A DNA stretch of 63,281 nucleotides, counting the filler, from Candidatus Rokuibacteriota bacterium (lineage in GTDB: Bacteria; JAUVQV01; DATDCY01), in the NCBI GenBank assembly GCA_031406795.1. It is 10 parts of 10 records of this genome, joined end to end, with 100 filler letters (N's around TTAATTAATTAA, not from the genome) between each part and the next. Parts side by side here need not be neighbours in the genome. Positions count along the whole stretch, not along the records: positions 38,530 to 52,585 come from JANOHV010000069.1; positions 52,686 to 54,356 come from JANOHV010000193.1; 8 more parts are not named here. One strand, 5' to 3'. The notes beneath the pieces are model-generated. The model saw only the letters and a list, made by a program, of their open reading frames with translations. It did no database searches and was not told where the DNA came from. Below are positions 44,502-54,274 of the stretch, piece by piece; position 1 is the first letter of the stretch, and each line of letters begins with the position of its first letter. The translations under genes were made by a program, and so were the position numbers.

Positions 44502-45407
44502 CTAACGCGGCTCGACTTTCATGGCCGCCAGGAAGTCGTCGCCGTTGCTGCGCCACCAGCGCCGCCAGGCGTTCTCGTCGTACCCGAACTTCTGGCCCGT
44601 GATCTGCTCGAGCGCGGTACCCGCGCTCCGGCGGACGTAGGGTCACCAGTCGTGGAGGGCGTCGAGCAGGGCGTCGCAGGCGGTGCGGTCCTTGATCTTG
44701 CCGAGCGCCGCGGCGATCTCCACCCGCACGCCCGTGCTCCGGTCCTTGTTGAGCAGCTCGACAAGGGCCTCCGCGGCGCCGGGTGTTTGAATCGCGCCGA
44801 GCAGGTTCACGGCTTTCCAGCGCGCGTTCGAGTCGTGCTTGTCGAGAGCGTCGAGCAGCGCCGGTACGGCGGGCGGGCCGATCTCCCTGAGCGCGCGATA
44901 AACGGAGGGCCAGAGCTGGCGGGCAGGGTCGCCGAGGAGCCCGGCGAGGGCTTCCGCCGCCCGCGGGTCCTTCAACGAGGCGAGCGCCTCCGCGGCCTCG
45001 ATGCGTACGCGCAGTTCGGTGTCGTCCAACGCTTCGATCAGTTCCGGCACCGCCGGCGCGCCGATCTTGACGAGTTTCTGCCGCGCCTGCGCCCGGGCTT
45101 CTTTCGCGTCGTCAGCCAGTGCGGCGATCAACTGCGCAATGGCGGCATCGTCCGCCCCTGGCGCCGATTCGGTTACCCGCGGCGGCTGCACAGGGGCAGG
45201 TGTGGGCGCGGGCGCAGCAGAGGGGGGCGGTGCGACGGGTGGACGCGCCGGGGTCGACGACGAGGCTTTCCGCTGCTGGAGCATCCGGTTGAGCATCTCG
45301 AGATCGCGCGCGATCGCCGCCGGCGGCTGGGCGTCACCGGCCCGGGCCGGGGCGACACCGGCGGCCCAAACCCCGAGCAGCAGCAGGATCAACGGCGGCA
45401 GGTGCAT
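44502..45407 (-). CDS. Exported HEAT-repeat protein with an in-frame TGA at 44643-44645 (candidate selenoprotein, or nonsense allele)
   Basis: Signal peptide, Pro-rich linker, PBS-lyase HEAT repeats; the frame continues LHDW*PYVRRSAGTALEQITGQKFGYDENAWRRWW to a TAG at 44502. Confidence 0.75.
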
Positions 45408-45530
45408 CGCTCTCTGGCTCCGCTCCGGGTTTGTTCGTACGATCATAAGCGACCGCACCGTTGCGGGGAAGAGCTTTTTTTTTCGCAGGAGGCGTATCAT
45501 GGCGACAAACAACCGATGGGGGAGGCTGTC

Positions 45531-45950
45531 ATGATCACACGTTCTTCGAGCGCGGTCTGGCAAGGAACCTTGAAGCAGGGCAAAGGCAGCGTCAGGCTGG
45601 GCAGCGGCGCCTACGAAGGTCCGTATACGTTCGCGTCGCGCTTCGAGACGGGCCCGGGGACGAACCCCGAGGAGTTGATCGGCGCGGCGCACGCCGGCTG
45701 CTTCTCGATGTTCCTGTCGGCTCTGCTGACTGAAGCCGGTTTCACCCCCACGCGCATCGCGACCACCGCCACGGTGCACCTGGGCGACGGCCCCACGATC
45801 ACGCTGATCGAGCTGGAGACGCAGGCCGAGGTCCCCAAGCTGACCCAGGAGGCGCTCCAGCAGCACGCGGAGGCGGCCAAGAAGAACTGCCCGGTCTCCA
45901 AGGCGCTGGCGGGGCCGGAGATCAGGATGCGCGCGCAGTTGGTGCCCTAG
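45531..45950 (+). CDS. osmC: OsmC peroxiredoxin
   Basis: AVWQGTLKQGKG, SRFE..GTNPEELIGAAHAGCFSM, AKKNCPVSKAL. Confidence 0.93.
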   Translation: MITRSSSAVWQGTLKQGKGSVRLGSGAYEGPYTFASRFETGPGTNPEELIGAAHAGCFSMFLSALLTEAGFTPTRIATTATVHLGDGPTITLIELETQAEVPKLTQEALQQHAEAAKKNCPVSKALAGPEIRMRAQLVP

Positions 45951-46000
45951 CCCTTCGGATCTCGTGGCGGGAGCGATCGGCGCGGAGGCAGGACATCGCA

Positions 46001-46765
46001 ATGGATACGGACGAACTGATTCGCCTGCACCGCGAGTTTCTGAAAGATTCGGTCCGACTGCGCTTCGATTTCTCCACGACGGGACAGCGCCGCGGCCTCC
46101 CGCCGCCGCCGCTCCAGAAACCCGTTGCGCCGGGATCGAAGATCGTCGCGCTGCCGGGCCCGGAGATGTTCGGCGAACTCGGCGCCGCGAGCCTGCTCTC
46201 GGTTCTCAAGAGCCGCCGCAGCGTGCGGCGCTTCACCGACGCGCCGCTCACCCTCGCAGAGCTGGCATTCCTGCTCTGGGCCACCCAGGGGGTGATCGCC
46301 CAACCCGGCCCAGCCGTGACGCTGCGCACGGTCCCGTCCGCGGGGGCGCGCCACGCGTTCGAGACCTACCTGTACTGCCGCCGCATCGAGGGGCTGGAGG
46401 AAGGGATCTGGCGCTATCTTCCGCTGGAGCACGGGCTGCTCTTCGAGTTCGCCGAGGCGGGGCTGGCCGAGCGCATCGCCGTCGCCTGCCTCGATCAACG
46501 ATTTGTGACGCAGGCGGCGGCGACTTTCTTCTGGAGTGTACTGCCGTCGCGGATGGAGTGGCGCTACGGTCCGGCCGCCCACCGCGTGCTGCCGCTGGAT
46601 GCCGGGCACGTCTGTCAGAACCTCTATCTGGCCGCCGAAGCCATCGGCGCCGGCGTCTGCGCGGTCGGCGCCTACGACCAGCAGGCGCTCGACTCGCTGC
46701 TGCGTCTCGACGGCGAGGAGGAGTTCGTCTTGTACCTGGCCCCGGCGGGGAAGAAGGCCGGGTGA
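46001..46765 (+). CDS. SagB/ThcOx-like FMN oxidoreductase (stand-alone)
   Basis: RRSVRRF, LLWATQG, RTVPSAGARH, WRYG, DAGHVCQNLYLA. Confidence 0.9.
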   Translation: MDTDELIRLHREFLKDSVRLRFDFSTTGQRRGLPPPPLQKPVAPGSKIVALPGPEMFGELGAASLLSVLKSRRSVRRFTDAPLTLAELAFLLWATQGVIAQPGPAVTLRTVPSAGARHAFETYLYCRRIEGLEEGIWRYLPLEHGLLFEFAEAGLAERIAVACLDQRFVTQAAATFFWSVLPSRMEWRYGPAAHRVLPLDAGHVCQNLYLAAEAIGAGVCAVGAYDQQALDSLLRLDGEEEFVLYLAPAGKKAG

Positions 46766-46781
46766 CCGCGGCCGAGAAGCC

Positions 46782-47549
46782 ATGAGTTCGGGGATCGCCC
46801 GCGTCGTCGCCCTCGGGGCGAGCAACCTCACGCGCGGGTTCCAGACGGTGGTTTCTACGGCGCGGACGACCTGGGGGCTCGACGTCCAGGTGCTCGCGGC
46901 CCTGGGCCAGGGGCGCTCCTACGGCGCGCCCAGCAGATTTTTCGGCCGCGTGCTGCCGGGCATCCTCGAGTCAGGCCTGTGGCGGGAACTCGATCGCCTC
47001 GCGCCCGCTCCGACCCGAGCGTTGATCACCGACGTCGGCAACGACATCTTCTATGGATATTCGGCGGCTCGGACGCTGGCGTGGGTCGAGGAGGCCGTGG
47101 GGCGACTCCAGCGGATCACGCCGGACATCGTGCTGACCGACCTGCCGCTCGTGAACATCCGGCGACTTTCCCGGGCCCGGTTCCTGGCGTTCCGTTCGCT
47201 GTTGTTCCCGCGCTGCCGCCTCTCGCTTGCGCAAGTCGCGGAGACTGGCGCGCAGGTCAACGCCGGGGTGGCGGCCCTGGCGGCGGCCCGCGGGCTGCAC
47301 CTGACGCACCTGCAGGAGCATTGGTACGGGGTCGACCCGATCCATATCCGTCCGTCGTTGTGGCGTCTGGCCTGGAGTGAAATCCTCGGGGGCGGCGCGA
47401 AGGACCTGGTGCCGGGCGCCGTCTCCTGGCGTGAGGGCCTGCGGCTCTACCGGATGCCGGCCGAGCGCCAGAGGAACTTCGGGTGGGAGCGGTTCACGCC
47501 GCAGCACGGCACGGCGTTGAAGGCGGGAGGGAGGGTCTGGCTCTTCTGA
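46782..47549 (+). CDS. SGNH-like hypothetical protein
   Basis: ALGASNL, TDVGND, WYGVDPIH (blocks I, III, V). Confidence 0.7.
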   Translation: MSSGIARVVALGASNLTRGFQTVVSTARTTWGLDVQVLAALGQGRSYGAPSRFFGRVLPGILESGLWRELDRLAPAPTRALITDVGNDIFYGYSAARTLAWVEEAVGRLQRITPDIVLTDLPLVNIRRLSRARFLAFRSLLFPRCRLSLAQVAETGAQVNAGVAALAAARGLHLTHLQEHWYGVDPIHIRPSLWRLAWSEILGGGAKDLVPGAVSWREGLRLYRMPAERQRNFGWERFTPQHGTALKAGGRVWLF

Positions 47550-47622
47550 GGGGCGGCCGGCAGGGACGGGGCGAGAGCGGCGGCCGGTCGGGTCCTTTCG
47601 CGGGCCGCGACGGCGGCGCGCT

Positions 47623-48894
47623 TCAGCGCAGGCCGCGGCGCCAGCGGTCCTCGAATTCGGCGACCTCCATGCGCGCTTCGTCGCGGAAGACGTCCGCGAA
47701 CGCGCCGCCGGCGCCGACCCCGGCGATGATGCTGCGCACGGCCCCGAAACCGCGCATCTCCTCGAGCTCGCCGATCGCGAGGCGGGCAGCCGCGTAAGCC
47801 GCCGTGACGCTGCCGCGGCGTCCCATCAAAGCTTGATCGACATCGTTGAGCGAATTCAGACCCTCCGGCGGGTGGTCGGAAAAAAAGGTGCGGATCTGCG
47901 CGCTGTCCCACCCCTGAAACGCGGTCGCCAGTCCTTCGTGGAACCAACGGGGCAGCCCTGCGGGAGCCATGCGGAAGAGGAACGCGTGGGTCATCTCGTG
48001 GAGCAGCACGGACTGGAGGCCGGCGGCCTCCTCCAAGGTTGTCAGCCCGCCGACCGGGATGCGAATCTTGCCGTCGTACAGGCCGCCCGACCAGTCCGGG
48101 GCCTGGGTGACGCTCGTGAAGGCGTTCTTCGCGTAGAGGATCACCGTGAGTTCGCTCCGCGGGTAATCCCCGAGGCGGTCGTGCAACACGTCGAAGGCCT
48201 GGTCCAGCGCCTTGAAGAAACCCTGCACGAGCTCCCGCGGCACTTCCCGCTCGTAGAGGATGACGAAATAGCGGCTGCTTTCGCGTCCCATGCCCTCCTC
48301 GGCGGCCATCTCCCGCCGCCCGCGGGCGATCTTCGCGGCAAGCGCGTGCGATCCGCCGGCTTTCGCCGCCGCCTCCCACTCCCCGACGGCGAGATTCAAT
48401 AACCCCTCGCGGTCGTAAATGTCGCCGGAGAGCTCACGCGCCGTGGCGCTGTCGGGGGCGAGTTCCAGCGCGCGCTCGATTTCGCTGCGGGCGGCTCGCG
48501 TGTCCGCTCCCTGGAAGATGACCGTGGCCAGCAGCAGGCGGTACTCGGCATGCTCCGGCTGGGCTTCGACGGCCTTTTCCAGCCATTCGCGGCTTTGCCG
48601 GAACCGGCCTCCCCGCAGGTGGGAGCGGGCAAGCTCGGCGGCCGCCTGCGCCAGACCCCTGCGGGCCGGCTGCGCGGCGGGTTCGCTCTCCAGCGCCGCG
48701 GCGAAGTCGGCGGCGGCCTCCTCGAAACGGCGGCTCTGCAGCAGTTCGTACCCGCGCTTCACCAGCGCGGCGAAGCTCTCGGCACCGGCGAGTGGCGCCG
48801 GGAGCGCGCCCAGGAGCAGCGTCACGAGCAGGAACGCCACCGGTGCGGCGACGGCCCCGGGGTGTCTCCCCCGGCGTGTCGTGACCGTACCCAT
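47623..48894 (-). CDS. TPR protein with C-terminal peptidase MA-like (HExxH) domain
   Basis: Signal/TM segment, TPRs, WSGGLYDGKIRIP, LLHEMTH, PRWFHEGLA. Confidence 0.85.
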   Translation of the reverse strand: MGTVTTRRGRHPGAVAAPVAFLLVTLLLGALPAPLAGAESFAALVKRGYELLQSRRFEEAAADFAAALESEPAAQPARRGLAQAAAELARSHLRGGRFRQSREWLEKAVEAQPEHAEYRLLLATVIFQGADTRAARSEIERALELAPDSATARELSGDIYDREGLLNLAVGEWEAAAKAGGSHALAAKIARGRREMAAEEGMGRESSRYFVILYEREVPRELVQGFFKALDQAFDVLHDRLGDYPRSELTVILYAKNAFTSVTQAPDWSGGLYDGKIRIPVGGLTTLEEAAGLQSVLLHEMTHAFLFRMAPAGLPRWFHEGLATAFQGWDSAQIRTFFSDHPPEGLNSLNDVDQALMGRRGSVTAAYAAARLAIGELEEMRGFGAVRSIIAGVGAGGAFADVFRDEARMEVAEFEDRWRRGLR

Positions 48895-49023
48895 GGCATG
48901 GTCTCCCCCGTAGGCTGCCCCCATTCTTCGCATGATGTAGCCGCTGCCCGCGGTTGAAGTCAAGGCACGACGGCGACTCACCGCTTTACCTTGGCCCGCC
49001 CCGTCCCTATAATCCCCCCTCTC

Positions 49024-51036
49024 ATGAGTCATGACCCGCACGCCCTGAACCCGCGCCAGCGCGAGGCCGTCCTGCATGGGGACGGCCCGCTGCTGATCCT
49101 CGCCGGCGCCGGCACCGGCAAGACGCGCACGCTCGCCTACCGCATCGCCTACCTCGTGGAGCGCGGCGTCGCGCCCGGAACGATCCTCGCGGTCGCCTTC
49201 ACGAACAAGTCCGCCGACGAACTGAAGGAGCGGGTCAAGAAGCTGCTGCGCAAGGGTTCCAAAGCCCCTTCGGTCTCGACATTCCACTCCTTCTGCGTTC
49301 GCGTGCTGCGCAACGAGATCGAGCACCTCGGCTTCAAGAAGAATTTCACCATCTACGACACCGCCGACCAGCTCTCGGCGCTGAAAGAGGCGCTGCGCGA
49401 GGTGCGCCTGGTCGGCCGCGGCGACGCGGACGCCAAGCGGGTGCTCGCCGCGATCTCGCGCGCGAAGAACGAGGGGCGCGAGCCGGACCCCGGCGACGGC
49501 ACCGACCCGTACGCGATCCTCGCCGCGGAGGCCGCGCCGCGCTACGCGAGCGCGCTGAAGGCCTACAACGCTGTCGATTTCGACGACCTGCTCGTCTTCA
49601 CGCTCAAGCTCTTCCGGGAGTTTCCCGCGGTCCTCGAGCGCTGGCGCGAGCGCTGCCGTCAGGTCCTCGTCGACGAGTTCCAGGACACGAACGCCGTCCA
49701 GTACCAGCTCGTTTCGCTGCTGGCAGGGCCCGGCGGCAACCTCACTGTCGTCGGCGACGATGACCAGTCGATCTACGGCTGGCGCGGGGCGCTGCCCGGC
49801 AACATCCTGGATTTCACGCACGACTGGCCGACGGCGAAGGTGATCACCCTCGACCAGAACTACCGCTCCACCGGCCACATCCTCGCGGCGGCGAACACCA
49901 TCATCCGCAAGAACTCCTCGCGGCGCGAGAAGAACCTCTGGAGCGACCTCGGCGAGGGCGTGCCGGTCACCGTGCTGGCCTGCAAGGACTCCGAGGACGA
50001 GGCCAACGCGGTCGTCGAGCGCATCATCGGCCTGGTCGCCTCCGACAAGGCCAAGCCGGCCGACTGCGCGGTGATCTTCCGCACCAACGCCCAGTCGCGC
50101 TCGTTCGAAGACGTGCTGCGCCGCCACCGGATGCGCTACGTCGTCATCGGCGGCATGCGCTTTTACGACCGCAAGGAGGTGCGGGACCTGATCGCCTATC
50201 TGCAGGCGATCCACAATCCGCTCGACGAGATCGCCCTGCTGCGCGTGGTCAACTACCCGGCGCGCGGGGTCGGCAACGAAACCATCCACCGCCTCCAGGC
50301 GGCGAGTCTCGCCGAGAAGCGGCCGCTCGCCGAGGTCATGGCGAAGGCCGGGGACGTCCCGGGTGTCGGCGAGCGTCAGGCGCGCGCGCTCGGGGAGTTC
50401 CTCGGCTTTCTCGGGCAGATGCGCGAGCGGTTCCGGGCCGGCCACATCGCCGAGCCGACCGAGGAACTCGTGAAGATCATCGGCCTGGAGGACGCCGCGC
50501 GCGCCTCGGTGAAGGATCCGGTCGCCGCCGAGCGCAAGGCCGAGAACGTGCGCGAAGTGGTCGCGGCGCTCGCGAGCTTCGAGAAGGCCGAGCCGGAGTC
50601 CGGCCTCGGCGACTACCTCGCCGGCGTGAACCTCTCCGGCCGCGACGAGGAGTCGGACGATTTCACCGGCGACAGCGTGACCCTGCTCACGATGCACGGC
50701 GCGAAGGGGCTGGAGTACCCGCACGTCTTTCTCACGGGGCTCGAGGAGGGGCTGCTGCCGCACCGGCGCTCCGAGTTCGAGGTCGGCGGCCTCGAGGAGG
50801 AGCGGCGTCTGGCCTACGTTGGCATGACGCGCGCCCGCCGCAGCCTGACGATCACCTATGCCGCCGCGCGCACCAAGTACGCCAAGCAGGAGCGGGCCTC
50901 GCCGTCGCGGTTTCTCGAGGAGCTCCCGGAGGCGGGGGTCCGGCGCGAGGACCGGCGCGACCCGCGGCAGGAGTACGACGACGCGGACGGACACATGACC
51001 CCGCAGGACTTCTTCAGCCGCATCAAGCGGCTCTAG
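49024..51036 (+). CDS. SF1 DNA helicase (UvrD/PcrA/Rep family)
   Basis: LAGAGTGKT, VDEFQDTN, VGDDDQSIYGWRGA, QNYRS, TMHGAKGLE, EEERRLAYVGMTRA. Confidence 0.96.
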   Translation: MSHDPHALNPRQREAVLHGDGPLLILAGAGTGKTRTLAYRIAYLVERGVAPGTILAVAFTNKSADELKERVKKLLRKGSKAPSVSTFHSFCVRVLRNEIEHLGFKKNFTIYDTADQLSALKEALREVRLVGRGDADAKRVLAAISRAKNEGREPDPGDGTDPYAILAAEAAPRYASALKAYNAVDFDDLLVFTLKLFREFPAVLERWRERCRQVLVDEFQDTNAVQYQLVSLLAGPGGNLTVVGDDDQSIYGWRGALPGNILDFTHDWPTAKVITLDQNYRSTGHILAAANTIIRKNSSRREKNLWSDLGEGVPVTVLACKDSEDEANAVVERIIGLVASDKAKPADCAVIFRTNAQSRSFEDVLRRHRMRYVVIGGMRFYDRKEVRDLIAYLQAIHNPLDEIALLRVVNYPARGVGNETIHRLQAASLAEKRPLAEVMAKAGDVPGVGERQARALGEFLGFLGQMRERFRAGHIAEPTEELVKIIGLEDAARASVKDPVAAERKAENVREVVAALASFEKAEPESGLGDYLAGVNLSGRDEESDDFTGDSVTLLTMHGAKGLEYPHVFLTGLEEGLLPHRRSEFEVGGLEEERRLAYVGMTRARRSLTITYAAARTKYAKQERASPSRFLEELPEAGVRREDRRDPRQEYDDADGHMTPQDFFSRIKRL

Positions 51037-51045
51037 GCCGGCGCG

Positions 51046-52434
51046 ATGGCTTTTCTGCCCTTTTTCCGGCGTCGTTCGGGCCCGCGCCGCGTATTCGTGA
51101 TCAGTCTCGACGGGGTGCCGCACTCGTTTCTCGCCCGCCACATTCCCGAGGGGGCTTTCCCCAACCTCGCGCGGCTCTTCGCGGGCGGCGATCTGCGCCG
51201 GATGGCGACCGTGCAGCCGGCGGTCTCCCCCGTCGTCTGGGCGAGCTACGCGACCGGGATGAACCCCGGCCGCCACGGCATCTACGGTCTGGTCGAACGT
51301 CGTCCCGAGGACTACGACATCTTCCTGCCCGGATCGCACGATCTGGCCGCGCCGACCCTGTGGGACGTGCTCGGGAGCGCCGGCAAGTCGACCATCGTCG
51401 TGAACGTCCCGGGCACCTGGCCGCCGCGCCCCGTCCGCGGCGTGCTGATTGCGCCGGCGCGGGCCGCGACTCTCGAGGAGATCGTCTACCCGCACACCCT
51501 CGGGGCCTTCCTGCGCGGCATCGGCTACCGGCTCGACGTCGACACCCGCTCCGGGCAGGAAGGGAACAAGGACGATCTGCTGACCGACCTGGACCTGGTG
51601 CTGCGCAAGCGCTTCGAGGCCGCCTTCTCGCTGCTGCACCGCGAGCCGTGGGACTTCTTCCAGCTCCACATCAGCGAAACCGACCGGATCAACCACTTCT
51701 TCTGGGAGGACTACGAGCGCGACACGCCGGGGTACGGGCGCGCGTTCCTCTCCTTCTACCGCACGCTCGACGCCCTGATCGGCGAGTTGCTGAGCATCGT
51801 GCCGGCGGGAGCCGAGGTGATCGTCCTCTCCGGTAACGGCTTCCGGCGGCTGCGCCGGGAAATCTATCTCAACCGCGCCCTCGAAGAGCGCGGCTGGCTC
51901 GAGTTCGAGCGCGGGGACGGGCGGCGCCTCGGCATGATTTCCCGCGATTCGCGGGCCTACAGCCTCGCCCCCGGGCGCGTGTTCATGCACCTGAAGGGCC
52001 GCGAGCCGAAGGGCGGCATCAGCGGCAGCGAGGAATACCGCGGCTATCGCGACGGCGTCGCCGCGGACCTGCTGCGTCTGACCGACCCGGAGAACGGGCA
52101 GCCGCTCGTCTCCGCGGTACTCAAGGGGGAACAGGTCAACCGCAACCCCGGGTGGCCGGCGTTCCCCCTGCCGGTCTCCGGCCGCCGCCCGGCCCCCTGC
52201 GACATGCTTGTGGTGCCGGCGCCGGGGTACGAGATCAAGGGGCACCTCGACCGGGAAACGATCACGGGTCGCTCCGACATGACGGGGATGCACGCGCCGG
52301 ACGACGCCTTTATCTTCGTGCGCGGCCGCCGTCTCGGGACCCGCGAGCCGGGCATTGAGGACGTTTGTCCGACGGTGCTGGATCTGATGGGGGTGCGCCC
52401 GGACGAACGCCCCGACGGCAGGAGCCTTGTCTAG
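51046..52434 (+). CDS. Alkaline-phosphatase-superfamily (type I phosphodiesterase/NPP-like) protein
   Basis: ISLDG, W.SYATGMNPGRHG, TDRINH, TGMH, IEDVCPTVL, DGRSL. Confidence 0.85.
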   Translation: MAFLPFFRRRSGPRRVFVISLDGVPHSFLARHIPEGAFPNLARLFAGGDLRRMATVQPAVSPVVWASYATGMNPGRHGIYGLVERRPEDYDIFLPGSHDLAAPTLWDVLGSAGKSTIVVNVPGTWPPRPVRGVLIAPARAATLEEIVYPHTLGAFLRGIGYRLDVDTRSGQEGNKDDLLTDLDLVLRKRFEAAFSLLHREPWDFFQLHISETDRINHFFWEDYERDTPGYGRAFLSFYRTLDALIGELLSIVPAGAEVIVLSGNGFRRLRREIYLNRALEERGWLEFERGDGRRLGMISRDSRAYSLAPGRVFMHLKGREPKGGISGSEEYRGYRDGVAADLLRLTDPENGQPLVSAVLKGEQVNRNPGWPAFPLPVSGRRPAPCDMLVVPAPGYEIKGHLDRETITGRSDMTGMHAPDDAFIFVRGRRLGTREPGIEDVCPTVLDLMGVRPDERPDGRSLV

Positions 52435-52584
52435 CAGGCCGCTGAAAAGGGCCCATCTGCGGCGGTGGGCACTTTGCCGCCTGCAAGCGCAGCGAGTGGG
52501 CGGGAACACTGCGGCGTACTGTTCGTACGCCTCATTCCTCAGGACTCGCCCGCCTTGCACCTGGACCCTTTTGAGCGGCCTGCT
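52433..52584. mobile_element. 152-bp MITE-like element with ~28-bp imperfect terminal inverted repeats
   Basis: Left end AGCAGGCCGCTGAAAAGGGCCCATCTGC; reverse complement of right end AGCAGGCCGCTCAAAAGGGTCCAGGTGC; internal GGCGTAC..GTACGCC hairpin. Confidence 0.75.
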
Positions 52585-53167
52585 CNNNNNNNNNNNNNNN
52601 NNNNNNNNNNNNNNNNNNNNNNNNNNNNNTTAATTAATTAANNNNNNNNNNNNNNNNNNNNNNNNNNNNNNNNNNNNNNNNNNNNGGATCCAGCAGCAGA
52701 GGAAGCATTTCAACCGCCGAAAAAGCCGGACTTATTGCAGGAAGCACGGCGTGGCAGAGGGCAAGCATCGCTTGAAGCAGGCATTGCGATCAGATATGAG
52801 CAACGACTTGGATAAACCGGACCAGGCGACAAGCCTGACTTTCCTGATCCGCGCGTTACGCGCGGATTTGGGGATGAGCGGCTGCTCGAAGAGGTTCGGG
52901 TCCTGTCCGGGGCGCGGACAAAAAGGCATCGAGTACTTGCGGCCGAAGGCATAAGACGGGAGGTTAACGCGAAGCCAATTTCGCGTTGACGTCCATCAAG
53001 GTCTTGCCGCGGGGTGGACCTGGTCTTTCAAATGCGTGCCACCATGTCTGAAATTGCGTCTTTACCCCAAGGGTGAAAAAGCATTCAGCGCGGTCGGCGA
53101 CGCCTTGAAGGCATTCGCGCCGGGGCATAAGATTGCGGCGAGACGACTCCAGCGAGGAGGAGATCGC

Positions 53168-53371
53168 GTGAAATTGAAGGTGATCGTGCACGAGACTGAA
53201 GGGGGCGGTTACTGGGCTGAAGTGCCCGGCATCCCCGGCTGCGCCACGCAGGGGGACACGATCGAGGAACTCCACAAGAACCTCTGCGAGGCCGTTGAAG
53301 GTTGTCTCGCGGTTGACGTCGAGCCGCCGAAGGGGCCGGGTAAGGGCCGGATCCTGGAGATCGAGGTGTGA
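53168..53371 (+). CDS. hicB: HicB-family antitoxin
   Basis: KVIVHETEGGGYWAEVPGIPGCATQGDT.EEL..NL.EAVEGCL. Confidence 0.9.
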   Translation: MKLKVIVHETEGGGYWAEVPGIPGCATQGDTIEELHKNLCEAVEGCLAVDVEPPKGPGKGRILEIEV

Positions 53372-53574
53372 AGCCTGTCTCCGGCAAGGATCTGTGTCGG
53401 ATCCTCGAAAAGCACGACTGGGTGCTGCGGCGCATTCATGGTAGCCATCATATCTACGGCAGGCCAGGCAGCATCGTCCGAATCTCGGTTCCCGTGCACG
53501 ACAACCATGCTATTTCGCCCGATCTGGAGCACCACCTCCTAAAGTCCGCAGGATTGCGCGGGCGGGATCTCTGA
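53368..53574 (+). CDS. hicA: HicA-family toxin
   Basis: SGKDL..W..RRIHGSHHIY..ISVPVH; 4-nt overlap with hicB. Confidence 0.9.
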   Translation: MKPVSGKDLCRILEKHDWVLRRIHGSHHIYGRPGSIVRISVPVHDNHAISPDLEHHLLKSAGLRGRDL

Positions 53575-53650
53575 GGCATCGTCGGCTCAATCATCAGCGG
53601 GAGCAAGGCTCAGGCGATCCCCTCGCGAGGTCGCATTCCGTCGTGATTCC

Positions 53651-53675
53651 GGGCGGGGATCAACCCCGCCCCTAC
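53651..53675. repeat. GTAG-type REP (minus orientation)
   Basis: GGGCGGGG-atcaa-CCCCGCCC-CTAC. Confidence 0.75.
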
Positions 53676-53698
53676 GGCTTCGACGGTTGTGCCGTCGA

Positions 53699-54274
53699 TT
53701 ACGGTGCCGGTTCCGCTGTCAACGGCAGTACGGACGTTTCAGGCGGCGTTGCTTTCGGCAGCGGCGGCGCCTTGCCCTTGTACGGCTGCGAAAGGACCGC
53801 GACCGTCGCCGCGATCTCCTCGCCCGTCACCGCCTGGCGCAACTCCTCCATCCGCCGCATGACCTCCTGCCAGCGCAGCCCCTCGGCGGCGCTGACCCAC
53901 TCGAGCTGCAGGCGCTCGGGGCGGATGCCGAGCCGCTCCATGCGCTTCCAGACCTTCTCGACGCGCTTTTGCGTCCAGTGGTTGGCGTCGATGTAGTGGC
54001 AGTCGCCGAAGTGGCAGCCCGAGACGAGCACCACCGGCGCGCCGAGGCGGAACGCCCGCCAGATGAAACTCTCGTCGACGCGCCCCGAGCACATCGTGCG
54101 GATCAGCCGCGCGTTCGGCGGGTACTGCAGCCGCGAGACGCCGGCGAAGTCGGCGCCGGCATACGAGCACCAGTTGCAGGCGAAGGTCACGATCTTTTCA
54201 GCGGGGTTCTCCTCGAGGATCGCGTCGATCTGCCCGGTGATCTGGCGGTCGGCGTAGTGGTTCATGTCGATCGC
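53699..54274 (-). CDS. mvhD: MvhD [2Fe-2S] domain, probably the C-terminus of an HdrA-MvhD fusion (5'-partial)
   Basis: FACNWCSYAGAD.AG..RLQYP, RTMCSGRV, GCHFGDCHY, WVSAAEG; preceded by the HdrA-like tail AIDMNHYADRQITGQIDAIL. Confidence 0.88.
   Translation of the reverse strand, partial: AIDMNHYADRQITGQIDAILEENPAEKIVTFACNWCSYAGADFAGVSRLQYPPNARLIRTMCSGRVDESFIWRAFRLGAPVVLVSGCHFGDCHYIDANHWTQKRVEKVWKRMERLGIRPERLQLEWVSAAEGLRWQEVMRRMEELRQAVTGEEIAATVAVLSQPYKGKAPPLPKATPPETSVLPLTAEPAP

Noticed and set aside
46001..46765. SagB-like gene as a RiPP (TOMM) cluster
   Set aside because: No YcaO, precursor peptide or transporter nearby; stand-alone SagB-like nitroreductases are common in anaerobes.
47623..52560. 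1645-aa minus-strand ORF, and other long antisense ORFs (1382-3898, 13242-15332, 20818-22962, 36418-37947)
   Set aside because: Shadow frames of high-GC genes on the opposite strand. Only 47623-48894 of the long ORF has real protein motifs.
53699..54274. Selenocysteine in MvhD
   Set aside because: All Cys motifs (CNWC, MCSG, GCHFGDC) use Cys codons; there is no in-frame TGA.
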